Source: a virus | Strand: one strand, 5' to 3' | Length of the DNA stretch: 64,000 bases | Virus record (IMG/VR): IMGVR_UViG_3300042291_000666 | Coordinates: 1-64,000 of that record | Shown: positions 30,156 through 40,543 of the stretch, piece by piece | Numbering within the stretch: position 1 is the first letter of the stretch | Layout of the letters: each line of letters begins with the position of its first letter | Notes under the pieces: generated by a model | Databases searched by the model: none | Seen by the model: the letters and a program-made list of their open reading frames with translations, nothing else | What the model was told of the DNA's origin: nothing | Made by a program: the position numbers and the translations under genes

Positions 30156-31112
30156 TTATCTTCTTTCTTGAACTCCTGGTGTAGCCATTTCTTCAATTTG
30201 CATTGATTCAAACTTAGCTTTAAAGAAACTCATTCTAGTATCCCCATTTCTTGCTTTAAGAAAATGTAGTACTATAGTTTTGTCATCTTCAATGATATAT
30301 CTATCCGGGCCATAAAATCTAATCTTTTGTTTTGCTGGTCTGTTGATACCAATTAAAGTATCAGCATGCTGCAGCATTGCATCTGAACCAAATATATCTG
30401 ACTCAAGAATATAGTTTCCATACTTACCGTCTATTGCTCTTTCAGGATTATCAATATTTCTGTTAAGTTGTGATAAAGCAATAAATAAACAAGGATAGTC
30501 ACGTTTACATTGAGTAAAAAACTCACCCAATTCAAATAACATATCTAATGTATTGTTTTGGTATGGTGCTCTTTTGACCAACATGGTGTGATCCAAAGTA
30601 ATTATTGTTTTTATTCCTTTATGTTGATTCATGTACATATCAATTTGCTCACGCATTTGATTTACAGTCATAGGAGTACTAACAATATCTACAGGGTGTT
30701 TCACTCTTTCTTTAGCATATTGATGACAAGTATTAAGTGTATCAGCAGTAATTAAACTTCCTGCACTACATAACTCTTTATAAGTTTTGCCAGTGACTGA
30801 TGAAAATTCTCTAATTGCTGAGGTTCTTCCAACCATTTCATACTGAAACTCTAATACTCTAAATGAATCATTAGGATTCAATGCAAAAGATTCTCTTATG
30901 ATCTGATCTTTAATTAATGTTTTACCTGAACCAGGTCTTCCACCAATAACCGTCAATGTATTCCATTCTAAACCATCAGTTGTAGCATCATTGAATTTTG
31001 GCCATGGTGTATATATAGACTTCTCCTCACCGGTTTGTCTTTTGTACATGTATTTTAATGCTTCATTAAAGGCAGCATATTGACCTATCCATGATTCTGT
31101 TGGTTTACTCAT
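30156..31112 (-). CDS. dnaB: DnaB-like replicative helicase (motor domain only)
   Basis: GGRPGSGKT, EM, LDH, LSQLNR, SDAMLQHAD, KARNG. Confidence 0.92.
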   Translation of the reverse strand: MSKPTESWIGQYAAFNEALKYMYKRQTGEEKSIYTPWPKFNDATTDGLEWNTLTVIGGRPGSGKTLIKDQIIRESFALNPNDSFRVLEFQYEMVGRTSAIREFSSVTGKTYKELCSAGSLITADTLNTCHQYAKERVKHPVDIVSTPMTVNQMREQIDMYMNQHKGIKTIITLDHTMLVKRAPYQNNTLDMLFELGEFFTQCKRDYPCLFIALSQLNRNIDNPERAIDGKYGNYILESDIFGSDAMLQHADTLIGINRPAKQKIRFYGPDRYIIEDDKTIVLHFLKARNGDTRMSFFKAKFESMQIEEMATPGVQERR

Positions 31113-31259
31113 TTTCTATGATATTTATTACATCTTGAACATTTTGTATACTTGCATTACATGATTTTTCATCAGGTTCCCAAGCACCATCTCTTAACAT
31201 TATAAAATCTTCCATAATAAGATTCAATTTATCAAGAGCTTCATTTACTTTATCTACTG

Positions 31260-31850
31260 TCATATTACGTTTTCTTTAAAGTGTTTAGATTCTGTTTCTA
31301 TACCATCTCTAATCATGTCACAATAATCTGCTAATGTAGATGATTTTACTTTGTGCTTATCTTGTTTGCATATAAAGTATTGACTGGTTTGCATATACAT
31401 GTATTGTGCATCCCGGTATTCATTTACATACATTCTAGTAGCTTTTATAATCTGTTCCCAAGTATAATCATATGTTTCAAATAACCATCTGAATGATTCA
31501 GATAACATTTTCACATTAACCCTGGCTGGTTTGCCACTGGGAAGTTTTATATTAGGAAAGACTTCTCTATAAATATTTATCTTATCAACAAAGTCTTGAC
31601 CCATTAACTGAGCATCTGTTTTTTTCTTTGCTTTTGTAAAATAATTATCTAAATGTACTATCAAGCTTTTAGCTTCAGCACTCATTGTATATTTACCATT
31701 TTCCAAGACTAAAAAGCCTAATTTTTCTAAGGCTAATTTATCATCATTTGTAACTTGAGGCAAAGATACTCCTTGCTTTATTCCAAATAATAATAGTACT
31801 TGATTTGGTGTTAAATTGTTTTTCAGCATTATCTGAAATAGTTCCCACAT
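31260..31850 (-). CDS. putative replication initiator/helicase-loader-like protein
   Basis: Winged-helix-like N-terminus plus a helical domain, upstream of dnaB. Confidence 0.5.
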   Translation of the reverse strand: MWELFQIMLKNNLTPNQVLLLFGIKQGVSLPQVTNDDKLALEKLGFLVLENGKYTMSAEAKSLIVHLDNYFTKAKKKTDAQLMGQDFVDKINIYREVFPNIKLPSGKPARVNVKMLSESFRWLFETYDYTWEQIIKATRMYVNEYRDAQYMYMQTSQYFICKQDKHKVKSSTLADYCDMIRDGIETESKHFKENVI

Positions 31851-31926
31851 ATTCTTTGGTTTTTATTATAAGTGATTGATAATCAGATACGTGATTTAAA
31901 AGTTGGACAACAAAAATAAACAAAAT

Positions 31927-32601
31927 TTACCAATTAATCAAAGATTTATCTTGTTTTTTTAGTTCTAAATTTGCTTTATTAAACACATCATTGTGGTCCC
32001 ATTCTCCACCTTTATATGCAGCTGATGCTGGGTGTGAACATTTAAGTATTTTACAATCAGGTAGTAAGGTTTCCCACTCTTCAGCTTTTTTACCCATCAA
32101 TATAAATACTGTATCTTTTTTGTGTTTGTTGATATTACCAAATATGTAATTTGTAAATGGTTTCCACAAATTATAGTGTGAACCAATCTTATTAACTTCA
32201 ACAGTAAATGCTGTATTAATAAGTAATACTCCTTGATTAGCCCAAAATCTTAGATCTGTATGATCTGTACCTATAGCTTTATTAATATACTGCAAAGACT
32301 TTTCAGCTTTACCTTTTTTTGAGCAACTAAATGCTAAACCATCTGCTGATCCTAATTGAGGATAAGGATCTTGTCCCACTATGACAACTTTAAGGTTATC
32401 ATATGTGCACTCTTTGAATGCATTAAATACATCTTTGAATGGCGGAGTAAATCTTAGACCATTAGTTACAGCTGTTTCTAAAAAGCTGAATACATCATCA
32501 AATGACTTGCTATCTACAAAAGGATTAAGTATTGCATCCCATCCAGATATCTCTGAATCAGATTTTATTTGGTTTTTAAATTTATTTATATTTGGTTCCA
32601 T
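31927..32601 (-). CDS. ung: uracil-DNA glycosylase family 1
   Basis: GQDPY, GLAFS, GVLLIN, SHPAS; start placed at MEPNINK. Confidence 0.95.
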   Translation of the reverse strand: MEPNINKFKNQIKSDSEISGWDAILNPFVDSKSFDDVFSFLETAVTNGLRFTPPFKDVFNAFKECTYDNLKVVIVGQDPYPQLGSADGLAFSCSKKGKAEKSLQYINKAIGTDHTDLRFWANQGVLLINTAFTVEVNKIGSHYNLWKPFTNYIFGNINKHKKDTVFILMGKKAEEWETLLPDCKILKCSHPASAAYKGGEWDHNDVFNKANLELKKQDKSLINW

Positions 32602-32646
32602 TTTTATTATTTTATATTGTATATTTGTCAATAAATACATTTTAAT

Positions 32647-33069
32647 ATGAGTGAAGAACAAAAATTACAAACAGTTGATACATACAACCCTAATGATATT
32701 ATTAAAGGTATTGAAGTATCAACAGCCTATATTCAAGGGCTTCAAAGAATGTTAACAGCAATGTTTTTGAATTATTCAGAAGGTACTGAAAAATTACCTG
32801 ATTTGTTTAAAACATTTGAACAAAATCTTGGTAAAAAACAAGAAGATAAAACCAGCTTAAATCTTAATGCAGAACAAGCTGATATCTACACTTTGTTTTC
32901 ACTTCTTCAGTTATTTAAATACCATGCAAATGCGCAAGGTTTAGCTAAAAAAACTCAAACTTCAGCTACTATTGAAGAATTAAAAGAAATTGCAACAATG
33001 ATGTCTAAACAAGAAGATGTAAGTGAAAAGTTAAAAGAACTTCAATCTAAAATGAAAATTATAGATTAA
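32647..33069 (+). CDS. hypothetical protein, lone plus-strand gene in the minus block
   Basis: 140-aa ORF with no overlapping minus-strand gene; TATATTTG promoter-like motif at about 32620. Confidence 0.75.
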   Translation: MSEEQKLQTVDTYNPNDIIKGIEVSTAYIQGLQRMLTAMFLNYSEGTEKLPDLFKTFEQNLGKKQEDKTSLNLNAEQADIYTLFSLLQLFKYHANAQGLAKKTQTSATIEELKEIATMMSKQEDVSEKLKELQSKMKIID

Positions 33070-33453
33070 TTATCTTAATTGCATTCCACTAAAATCTCCA
33101 ATTTCTATACAGGCTTGAATAGCTAAGTTTAGCTCATCTTTGTCACACTGACCAAAAGACTTGCAGTACTCTTCTTTATTTTTTGTAAAGCAGAGTCCTG
33201 CTTTTCTTTTTACTGCTAGTTTAGCTTCTTCAAATGTGTATCCTATTTCTTGAGCTATTTCTCTAATCATTGCATGTAGTCTGGCCAACTGAGGATTACT
33301 TCCTTTATCACCACTCACGCCAATAAATATTTCTAATTTAGCTCCATCAGGTAAATCATTCAAAAACTTTTGAAACTTATTACCTACAGCTTTGATTGGA
33401 AAATCCAATGCACCATCTTTAATAGTGCACTGGACAAATAAACTATCTTTCAT
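33070..33453 (-). CDS. NinB-like protein
   Basis: SNPQLARLHAMIREIAQEIGY.FEEAK...KSF...KDEL. Confidence 0.6.
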   Translation of the reverse strand: MKDSLFVQCTIKDGALDFPIKAVGNKFQKFLNDLPDGAKLEIFIGVSGDKGSNPQLARLHAMIREIAQEIGYTFEEAKLAVKRKAGLCFTKNKEEYCKSFGQCDKDELNLAIQACIEIGDFSGMQLR

Positions 33454-33523
33454 CTTAATATCATTGTTAATGAATAACCCTCTTGTTCATCTCCAGGGTC
33501 TGATACTATAATTACTGTTTCCA

Positions 33524-34211
33524 TTACTTAAACCTTAAAGCTGATCCAACATAAATAAACTCTTGTGCGCATGCTTCACAAACAGCTTCTGTTTCATTTC
33601 TGTGAAGTGTTTTGTTAAGACAATTAGGACAAGGTGTATCTTCTAAATAACTAAACTCCTCACATGATTGTTTAGCTAATTCTTGTATATGAGCATCATG
33701 ATCTCCATTGAAATCTTGCTCTATTGTTTCCATATAAACTTCTTTCATTCTTCCCATAATATTATTTTTTTAAACGTACATTTCATGTTCATCATGAACC
33801 TCTATAACTTTTTCATCTAATGGTACAAACCTTTCAGCTCTATAACCAATCCAATGTAAACCAAACTGAGTACGGCCTTCATTAACAACACCTTTAATGA
33901 TATAGACTTTTTGTTCCATACCATTAACGTATTGTTGAATTACTTCATACTCTGTACCTTCTTTAACTGATGCTCCTTGAGGAAGCTTTGTATCATCTAT
34001 GCAAACTACTTTCATAATAAATTATTTAAAAGCTATTTTCTGTATGTACATCCCAATCCTCATCTTCATCATCTTCTGAATAAACATTGCCGGTGCCCTG
34101 GCAATCATCACACATTATTTCCTTGTAACAACCACCACAACATTCATTGCTATGATCATGACAATTCATTACTGTAATTGTACCGTCTCCATCACAATTT
34201 GAGCATTTCAT
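33524..34211 (-). other. three small ORFs (33524-33757, 33770-34015, 34026-34211), two with CxxC zinc fingers
   Basis: CPNC/CEAC; CxxCxGxG DnaJ-like motifs in 34026-34211. Confidence 0.65.
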
Positions 34212-35305
34212 TTACTTAAAGGATTATAGTATTTAATTTTTTTAGGATCAAAATCTCTTAAAGCTGTTTGTACCCATAATTCATCTTGAGTATCTTTATA
34301 ACATAAGATATGGCATGTTGCTTTTTCAGTTGGATTAAGACGTAATAGTCTTCCAATTCTTTGAGCACTTTTTCTTTCATTACCATATGCATGCATAATA
34401 ATACCTTGTTTTAAATTAGGTATAGTAACACCTTCACTTAATTGTAATACACATGATAATCTATCAATTCTACCATCTGAGAATAGTTCTAGGTTTTCTT
34501 CATTTTTAGAGTTCCCAGAATGGTAGCTGTGTTTTGATAGTTTATCTGCTTGCTTTTGAGTATTAGCAAAAATAATACATTTAGTTCCCAAATTGGGAAG
34601 TAATGATTTTACATAATCTTCTTTAGTTGTGTATTCCATTAAAGCTCTCATTCTCATGATTGCTGCAAGTTGTTTAGCTTTCATTGATTGAGCTTCTCCA
34701 CATCTTCCAGTAACATAATCATAATCTTTTCTTTCTGAAGTCCACCAAAAACCTCCTTGTTTTTTGGTTTTTTTTAATGTCAATAACTTTGACAGTTCTA
34801 ATTCATGTACTACTATCTGATAATCATTTAGTATTTTTGAGTCAGTTGCTTCATCAATGGTAAAAGTATATTTAATTGGACAGTACTTGCTTACCATTTT
34901 TCCTTTTTCAGAATCATTGTATTTGGGTGGTGTACCAGTTAAACCTAAGATTTTACCTTTAAAGTTTGAAAGAAATTCAGAATGTGTTTCTAATAAATTG
35001 TGACACTCATCTAAGTATACAATATCATAGTCATTAGGATTTTGTTTTCCTATTGAAAGATATGTGGTAAATGATAAATGATCTGCAAGTTTTTCTATAT
35101 CAAGCTTCTTAAGTTCTGCTAACCAAGAATCTTTAATAGATAACTTTGGTATAACTACCAATGCTTTTATAAAAGGGTTGTAATTTTTTTGGAAATGCTG
35201 AATTGCAATTCTGGTTTTACCTACACCCATACTAATGGCCAAGCCACATCTTTTGTGATTTAATGCAATTTTTAATGCATCTTCCTGTACTGACTGTCTA
35301 CTCAT
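34208..35305 (-). CDS. superfamily 2 helicase (UvsW/XPB-like)
   Basis: MGVGKT, DECH, LTGT, EGVTIP, QRIGRLLR. Confidence 0.92.
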   Translation of the reverse strand: MSRQSVQEDALKIALNHKRCGLAISMGVGKTRIAIQHFQKNYNPFIKALVVIPKLSIKDSWLAELKKLDIEKLADHLSFTTYLSIGKQNPNDYDIVYLDECHNLLETHSEFLSNFKGKILGLTGTPPKYNDSEKGKMVSKYCPIKYTFTIDEATDSKILNDYQIVVHELELSKLLTLKKTKKQGGFWWTSERKDYDYVTGRCGEAQSMKAKQLAAIMRMRALMEYTTKEDYVKSLLPNLGTKCIIFANTQKQADKLSKHSYHSGNSKNEENLELFSDGRIDRLSCVLQLSEGVTIPNLKQGIIMHAYGNERKSAQRIGRLLRLNPTEKATCHILCYKDTQDELWVQTALRDFDPKKIKYYNPLSK

Positions 35306-36529
35306 TGGATTGTTTTATATCTGATAATATTGTATCCAGTGAATGCTTTACATTACTTAAGATTTCATCTTCAATACTTTTGAATTTCTTGTATAATTTG
35401 GTATCAAAGTTTTTCTTTAAGTTATAAAACTTTTTACCTGATACATTTACATCATAAGCATATACATGATTAACAAGTTGGATTCTATCTTCTGTAATAA
35501 CTATAAAATAGTCATTGTACTTAATATATCTTTTGTCTGTTATTGGACATAAAGATAATTCTGAATTTGAATTTTTAAGTACATATGTTGCTATAGATAA
35601 TGCTTTCAATTGATTTACTGATAGCTCTATATCTTTCATGTCTGTACTAACAAAATTCTTTTTATACCATAAGTATTTCTTTAACAATAAACGTTTAAGT
35701 TTGTGCTTTGCGGATTTAAATAATTTCATAAGTTTAAATTTTTGTTATTTGTTTAAAGTTTTTGAATAAGCTCAATTAACTTATTAATAATTATACCTCT
35801 ATCAATTTCATCTTCTATGATAGGTACACATTTTTGTTCTTCACTGAACATGCCTGCATCTTTATCATATACATAAGCTTCTAAAACAAGCTTAAGAATT
35901 TCAATCTTTGATATAATTATTTCATTGTCAAGTCTCTTATTTTCTTTTTCTAAGGCTTCTTTTTCAATAGTAGCTTTAGTTTTTTCAGAATGTTTTTCCA
36001 TAATTAAAGTTTTATTGTTGAGGTAAATATACGTGAATCAAACCATTTTTCACAAAAAAGTGTGATTTGCACCCATTTTTCACCAAAAAAACCTATTTTT
36101 CCTGAGAATCCTCAATTACTAAGTATTTTGTACCATCTTCTGTTTTTCTAACCTTGCCTACTAGCATAAGTTCTTTTACAGTTTCAGGATCCAATATATC
36201 AAAGGTTTGTTTCATATATATGATTATCATAAATCAAATAGAATTACCAGGCCAGCAGCACCAATACCTGCCAAAAAGTAAACAAAATTGTTTACCCATT
36301 GAGGATACCATACTGTTGTTGGCTCTGTATCAATATGAATAAGAAAGCTAATCTTTTGTTTTACTGTAGGATAAGTTTCAATTAACCATAAAGTTAAAGG
36401 ATCTTGTTCTGAGCTATCAATATGAAACTCAGCATAAGTGTGTAATTTATGACCAACAAATACATCATTCTTTTGTAAGTGTTCAGGTATTTCTGACAAC
36501 TTAATTACTGATCTTGTTATTTTTTTCAT
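35298..36529 (-). other. hypothetical ORFs 35298-35729, 35753-36001, 36227-36529
   Basis: ORF track; co-oriented. Confidence 0.65.
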
Positions 36530-36532
36530 ATC

Positions 36533-37072
36533 TTATTTGTTTTTAAATTGTTCTAAATCTTCTATACTCAATGGTCTGTAACCAATAAGGTGAGCATCTA
36601 CATTAAAATACTTATGTACTGTACGTGCTAGTTTACTGTCTTTATCAAGATAGCTGTCATGTACAATAACTTCTTCAAGTTTATTTTCATGATGTATATG
36701 CGCGTGTATGTTTCCTCTATAGAAATGTACTTCATTAGGATGAATAGGTACGTGGGTTAAAATATAACCTTTGTAATCTACTGCACCAGCTACACCATCT
36801 ACATACAATAACAATTCTTTTATGTCTTGATGTCTGTCATGGTTTCCTAATACAACAATCTTTCTACCATTTAACTGGTCAAACTTAAAGTAATGTAAGG
36901 ATTTCTCCATAGTAACATCACCAATAATATAGGTTGTATCTCTTTTGCTTACAACTTTGTTCCATTCTTGAATAAGAAAAGCATCATGCTCTTCTTCATC
37001 AGTCCATCCTCTATGAATAGCCATATTTTTATGTCCCATATGGAGACAACCAATAAATCTTACTTTGCTCAT
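36533..37072 (-). CDS. calcineurin-like metallophosphoesterase
   Basis: xLHMGH, GD, GNHD, H.P, HAHIH. Confidence 0.9.
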   Translation of the reverse strand: MSKVRFIGCLHMGHKNMAIHRGWTDEEEHDAFLIQEWNKVVSKRDTTYIIGDVTMEKSLHYFKFDQLNGRKIVVLGNHDRHQDIKELLLYVDGVAGAVDYKGYILTHVPIHPNEVHFYRGNIHAHIHHENKLEEVIVHDSYLDKDSKLARTVHKYFNVDAHLIGYRPLSIEDLEQFKNK

Positions 37073-37144
37073 GTTTTTGTTTTTAAAAGTGTCACATATG
37101 ATAGTTTATTGCATGAATTTTTAGTAAAGTTTCATGCACTTTTG

Positions 37145-37230
37145 TAGCCGGAGAGGGATTTGAACCCACACGGATATTGCTATCCAAAGGATTTTAAGTC
37201 CTTCATGTCTACCAGTTTCATCATCCGGCC
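37145..37230 (-). tRNA. tRNA-Leu(TAA)
   Basis: GGCCGGA/TCCGGCT acceptor stem, AAGGA-CTTAAAA-TCCTT anticodon arm, long variable arm, GTTCAAATC T-loop. Confidence 0.9.
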
Positions 37231-37354
37231 AAGTTGGTGTGGATTTGCTGTTGGCACCACACCATTGCAAGTATTACCTTAGCTTGCGCCACCATTCATG
37301 AACTTCAGACATCCCAATGGTTGTTATTGTACTATCTGAGTCAAATAACAGCTG

Positions 37355-37428
37355 TGATTCAATCAGGATTTGAACCTGAAACCTACGTCTTAGAAGGGCG
37401 TTGCTCTATCCAGTTGAGCTATTGAACC
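37355..37428 (-). tRNA. tRNA-Arg(TCT)
   Basis: GGTTCAA/TTGAATC acceptor stem, TAGCTCAACTGGATAGAGC D-arm, CT-TCT-AA loop (one anticodon-stem mismatch), GTTCAAATC T-loop. Confidence 0.85.
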
Positions 37429-37454
37429 ATCATGCAAATATAATACTTAAAACT

Positions 37455-38171
37455 TTAAGAGAATATGTTTTTTCTAATATAGTCTTGAGCATACTTTGGG
37501 TCTCCCATTGCTTTTATAGTAGCTAAATGTTTATCTAACTTTAATAAAGCTTTGGCATGGTCATATTTGCCATACTCACTAGTAAATACAGTTAAGAAGT
37601 TAAATTTAACCCATCTATCTGCAGTACCTATCTTAATAAAAAAGTCAGAAAATGCTTTACACATCTCTGATGTTTTAGAATTTGTAATTACAAACTCACC
37701 TTTTTTAATAAGTGTGGAAGTTCCTGATCTGTTTGGTTGATCCATAGCAATCATTGCAATCATTGAAGGCTCTAAATTATATAAGTTTATATACTTTAAA
37801 AGTGTCATATAATCTGTATTTACATATTTCCATGCATTTACATAATTAATTAAGTTCCAAGATTTACTTGTATTGTTTAAAGCAGCCATTTTTTCAACTA
37901 ATTCATCATCAGTGTCAATTTTCACAACTCTGTATACAATAGGTAATCCTTCTCTTTGACAAGCAGTAAACAAATGTTGTCCATCTATGATATAATTGCG
38001 TGTGATACCATCAATTAAATTTGTTTCAGCAACTATTACATCTCTGATACATCCCATATTTCTAATACTAGTAACCATTTTTTCTACATGCAATGACTGA
38101 ATTTCTCTATTCATTGGTAGAAAGTAAAATTTACTGTAATCCGTTGTTGTTTTTTGTTTTATGTGTTTCAT
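37455..38171 (-). CDS. ParB/Srx-like N-terminal domain protein
   Basis: NREI...HVEKM..SI...YIIDGQH motif. Confidence 0.75.
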   Translation of the reverse strand: MKHIKQKTTTDYSKFYFLPMNREIQSLHVEKMVTSIRNMGCIRDVIVAETNLIDGITRNYIIDGQHLFTACQREGLPIVYRVVKIDTDDELVEKMAALNNTSKSWNLINYVNAWKYVNTDYMTLLKYINLYNLEPSMIAMIAMDQPNRSGTSTLIKKGEFVITNSKTSEMCKAFSDFFIKIGTADRWVKFNFLTVFTSEYGKYDHAKALLKLDKHLATIKAMGDPKYAQDYIRKNIFS

Positions 38172-38361
38172 CTTTAAACTCTTTTAATTTATTAATAATG
38201 TGTTTCTCTGAGCAACCCAATGCTTCAGCAGCTTCTCTTTGTGTTTTATACTTAAGTAAGGCTTTTTTGATGAGTATGTTTTTGTTCTCCTCTAAATTTA
38301 ATGTTTCACTCATTACTTGTGATTTAATGTCTGCTATCTGAAAATCCAAGTTCAATGGCAT
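38131..38361 (-). CDS. Fis-type HTH protein (true start may be downstream)
   Basis: LIKKALLKYKTQREAAEALGCSE. Confidence 0.65.
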   Translation of the reverse strand: MPLNLDFQIADIKSQVMSETLNLEENKNILIKKALLKYKTQREAAEALGCSEKHIINKLKEFKDETHKTKNNNGLQ

Positions 38362-38593
38362 CAGCAGGATTTGTTTCTATCCAAGTATGACAATTTCTAC
38401 ATACTGGTAACCAGGTAGTTATATCTAAATGATATTTTCCTCTACCTTTTTTGTGATGAACATCTGTTGCATGCAAAGAACACTGATGGATCTTTGCATG
38501 ACAAACTGGATGTTCTGTTAGATAAACTTTGCGTATTTTAGAATACTCAGAGTTAGCCTTTGATAGTTTGGCTGATACTTTTCTGATTGTCAT
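38324..38593 (-). CDS. HNH-type nuclease
   Basis: C...C..ATDVHHKKGRG...WLPVCRNCH. Confidence 0.8.
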   Translation of the reverse strand: MTIRKVSAKLSKANSEYSKIRKVYLTEHPVCHAKIHQCSLHATDVHHKKGRGKYHLDITTWLPVCRNCHTWIETNPADAIELGFSDSRH

Positions 38594-40171
38594 TTTCTTT
38601 TAATGTAAAGAAATTCTTTGGCAATAGGCCTTTAGACATAAATCTTAAGATTACGTCTTCATAAGTAATACCCAAATCTTTTAAGGATAGAGTGTTGTTG
38701 TAGTCTTCCAATATTTCATCTTCTGGTACTGAGATAATATACTCTGCAGTTGGTCCATGAAATGTTCTACGGAAAAAGTCATTAATTCTTTTGTTACAAA
38801 TAGTTTGTTTCCAAGCATTTATCTCTCTTTGAGATCTTCTCCATACTTTGGATATTCTTCTTTTCTTATCCCAGTGTAGAGTTTCAATTTCTTCTTTGGT
38901 ATACACATTAAGGCCGTGTAATACTCTCTTAAACAAGAAGTGTTGATAGGAATTTAACTTGTTGTAACTTAAATTGTTAATGATTGACGGTGGATGCAAT
39001 TGGTATTCTTCCAATAATCCATAATACTGATACCGTGATTCACGGAGACTGATGAGTCTTATAGATTCATCTGTCTGGAGCTGGTTTAATTGTTCTTGAG
39101 ATAGCATACATGTTTTGTTATGAGGTTTTAAGTGTGTAACGTGATTTATATAAATAGAAAAGGCTAAGGCACATGTAGCCATTATTTAATTTCCTCTGAT
39201 GGAAAACCTTTTATATTATATTGGGAGTTTAATTAAAGTTCAAAAGTATCTTCTTCTACAAGATCTAACTCTTCAACTTCATTAGTAGTTTCAATGTCAT
39301 CAAATGATGGAGCAACTACTTCTTCTTCTTTAACATTGATACCAAATGCTTCTGCAGATGTTGCTTTATCAACTTTAACTGAAGACTTTGCTAAATTGAA
39401 AGATGATCCTCCATTAGCTTCTTTGATATCTTGACCATTAGTATGAGCAACTAACACATCTTCTGCAGTGATATCACTTACATAGAATGTTTTCCTATAG
39501 ATAGGTTGACCATCTTGACAACATACAATACCAGTTTCACCGGCATATTTGTAATCTCTTTCTGGATCTGTGTTGTTAAAAGGCTCTAATGATTCTTTGA
39601 TTACAATTTTACCAGGTAATGATTTAACATTTTCAAGACCTAAGCTTTGTAAATCTTCTAACTTACCATGTAACAATGTACTTAATACGGATTTCTTAAC
39701 CCAACCTGTGTTACCAAAGGTTACTCTTTCTTGTTGTAATCTTACGTGACCAAATTCTGAGTTTGTGCTTGATTGACGGATAACATTACCCATGTCATCA
39801 GCAATGATGTTTACTTTACTTTGCATTTCTTTTTGATTTTAAATTGTGAATAATAAATGATTTAATGTATCTAAGGATTAGATATCATCTGAGTGGAAAT
39901 CTGAGTCTTCCAATTTTTCATTATCTTCTATCTCATACAATTCCGGTTCATGCTCTATGATTAAATCATCAATTAGTTCTTCTAATGAATCATCATCAAT
40001 GTGTAAGGGAATTGCAACTGGTTTAGAAAATGAATTGTAAAAAGGATCACCCACTTCTTTTGTATAACCTGCACTAAGACCGTTTAAGTCTCTAACCTCA
40101 TCATCTGACAAGGATAGATACTGCTCTACTGAGCATTCAATTATACGACCATTTGGCAACTGTATTATCAT
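38553..40171 (-). other. three hypothetical early genes (38553-39182, 39233-39826, 39878-40171)
   Basis: ORF track; the last two have acidic C-terminal tails. Confidence 0.7.
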
Positions 40172-40291
40172 TTATTGTTCATTTACTTAAAGTAGACCAA
40201 CAAATGTATAATAATATAATTGTTATTAATAGCATAATTTTTCTTATTTTTTCTGAGTGCAAAATATAAAGAGCATATATATAGCTAACGT

Positions 40292-40543
40292 TTATTTTAT
40301 TGTTAGCTTTCTACCTACCCGTTTTATGTAATTACATGTTTTAAGTTCCTTAATCAATCTGTTAGTAGATGATTGACTTATATTTAAGTCATCTGATAGT
40401 GTGGAGATTGATGGCCAACATGTTCTTTCTTTGTTTGCATAACAAGCAAGCATTGAATACAGTGCTTTTGCTTGTATAGATAGATTTGGATCTGAAATTA
40501 CTTCATATGCAACTATACCAAATCTAGTTGATTTCTTGGACAT
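40292..40543 (-). CDS. winged-HTH (HTH_36-like) protein
   Basis: LSIQAKALY..L..YAN...CWPSISTL..DLNIS...RLIKEL. Confidence 0.85.
   Translation of the reverse strand: MSKKSTRFGIVAYEVISDPNLSIQAKALYSMLACYANKERTCWPSISTLSDDLNISQSSTNRLIKELKTCNYIKRVGRKLTIK

Noticed and set aside
37234-37425. 63-aa plus-strand ORF
   Set aside because: Antisense to tRNA-Arg and the structured spacer.
37455-38171. Plasmid-prophage partition system or lysogeny module
   Set aside because: ParB-like domain only; no ParA, integrase or recognisable repressor switch in the window.
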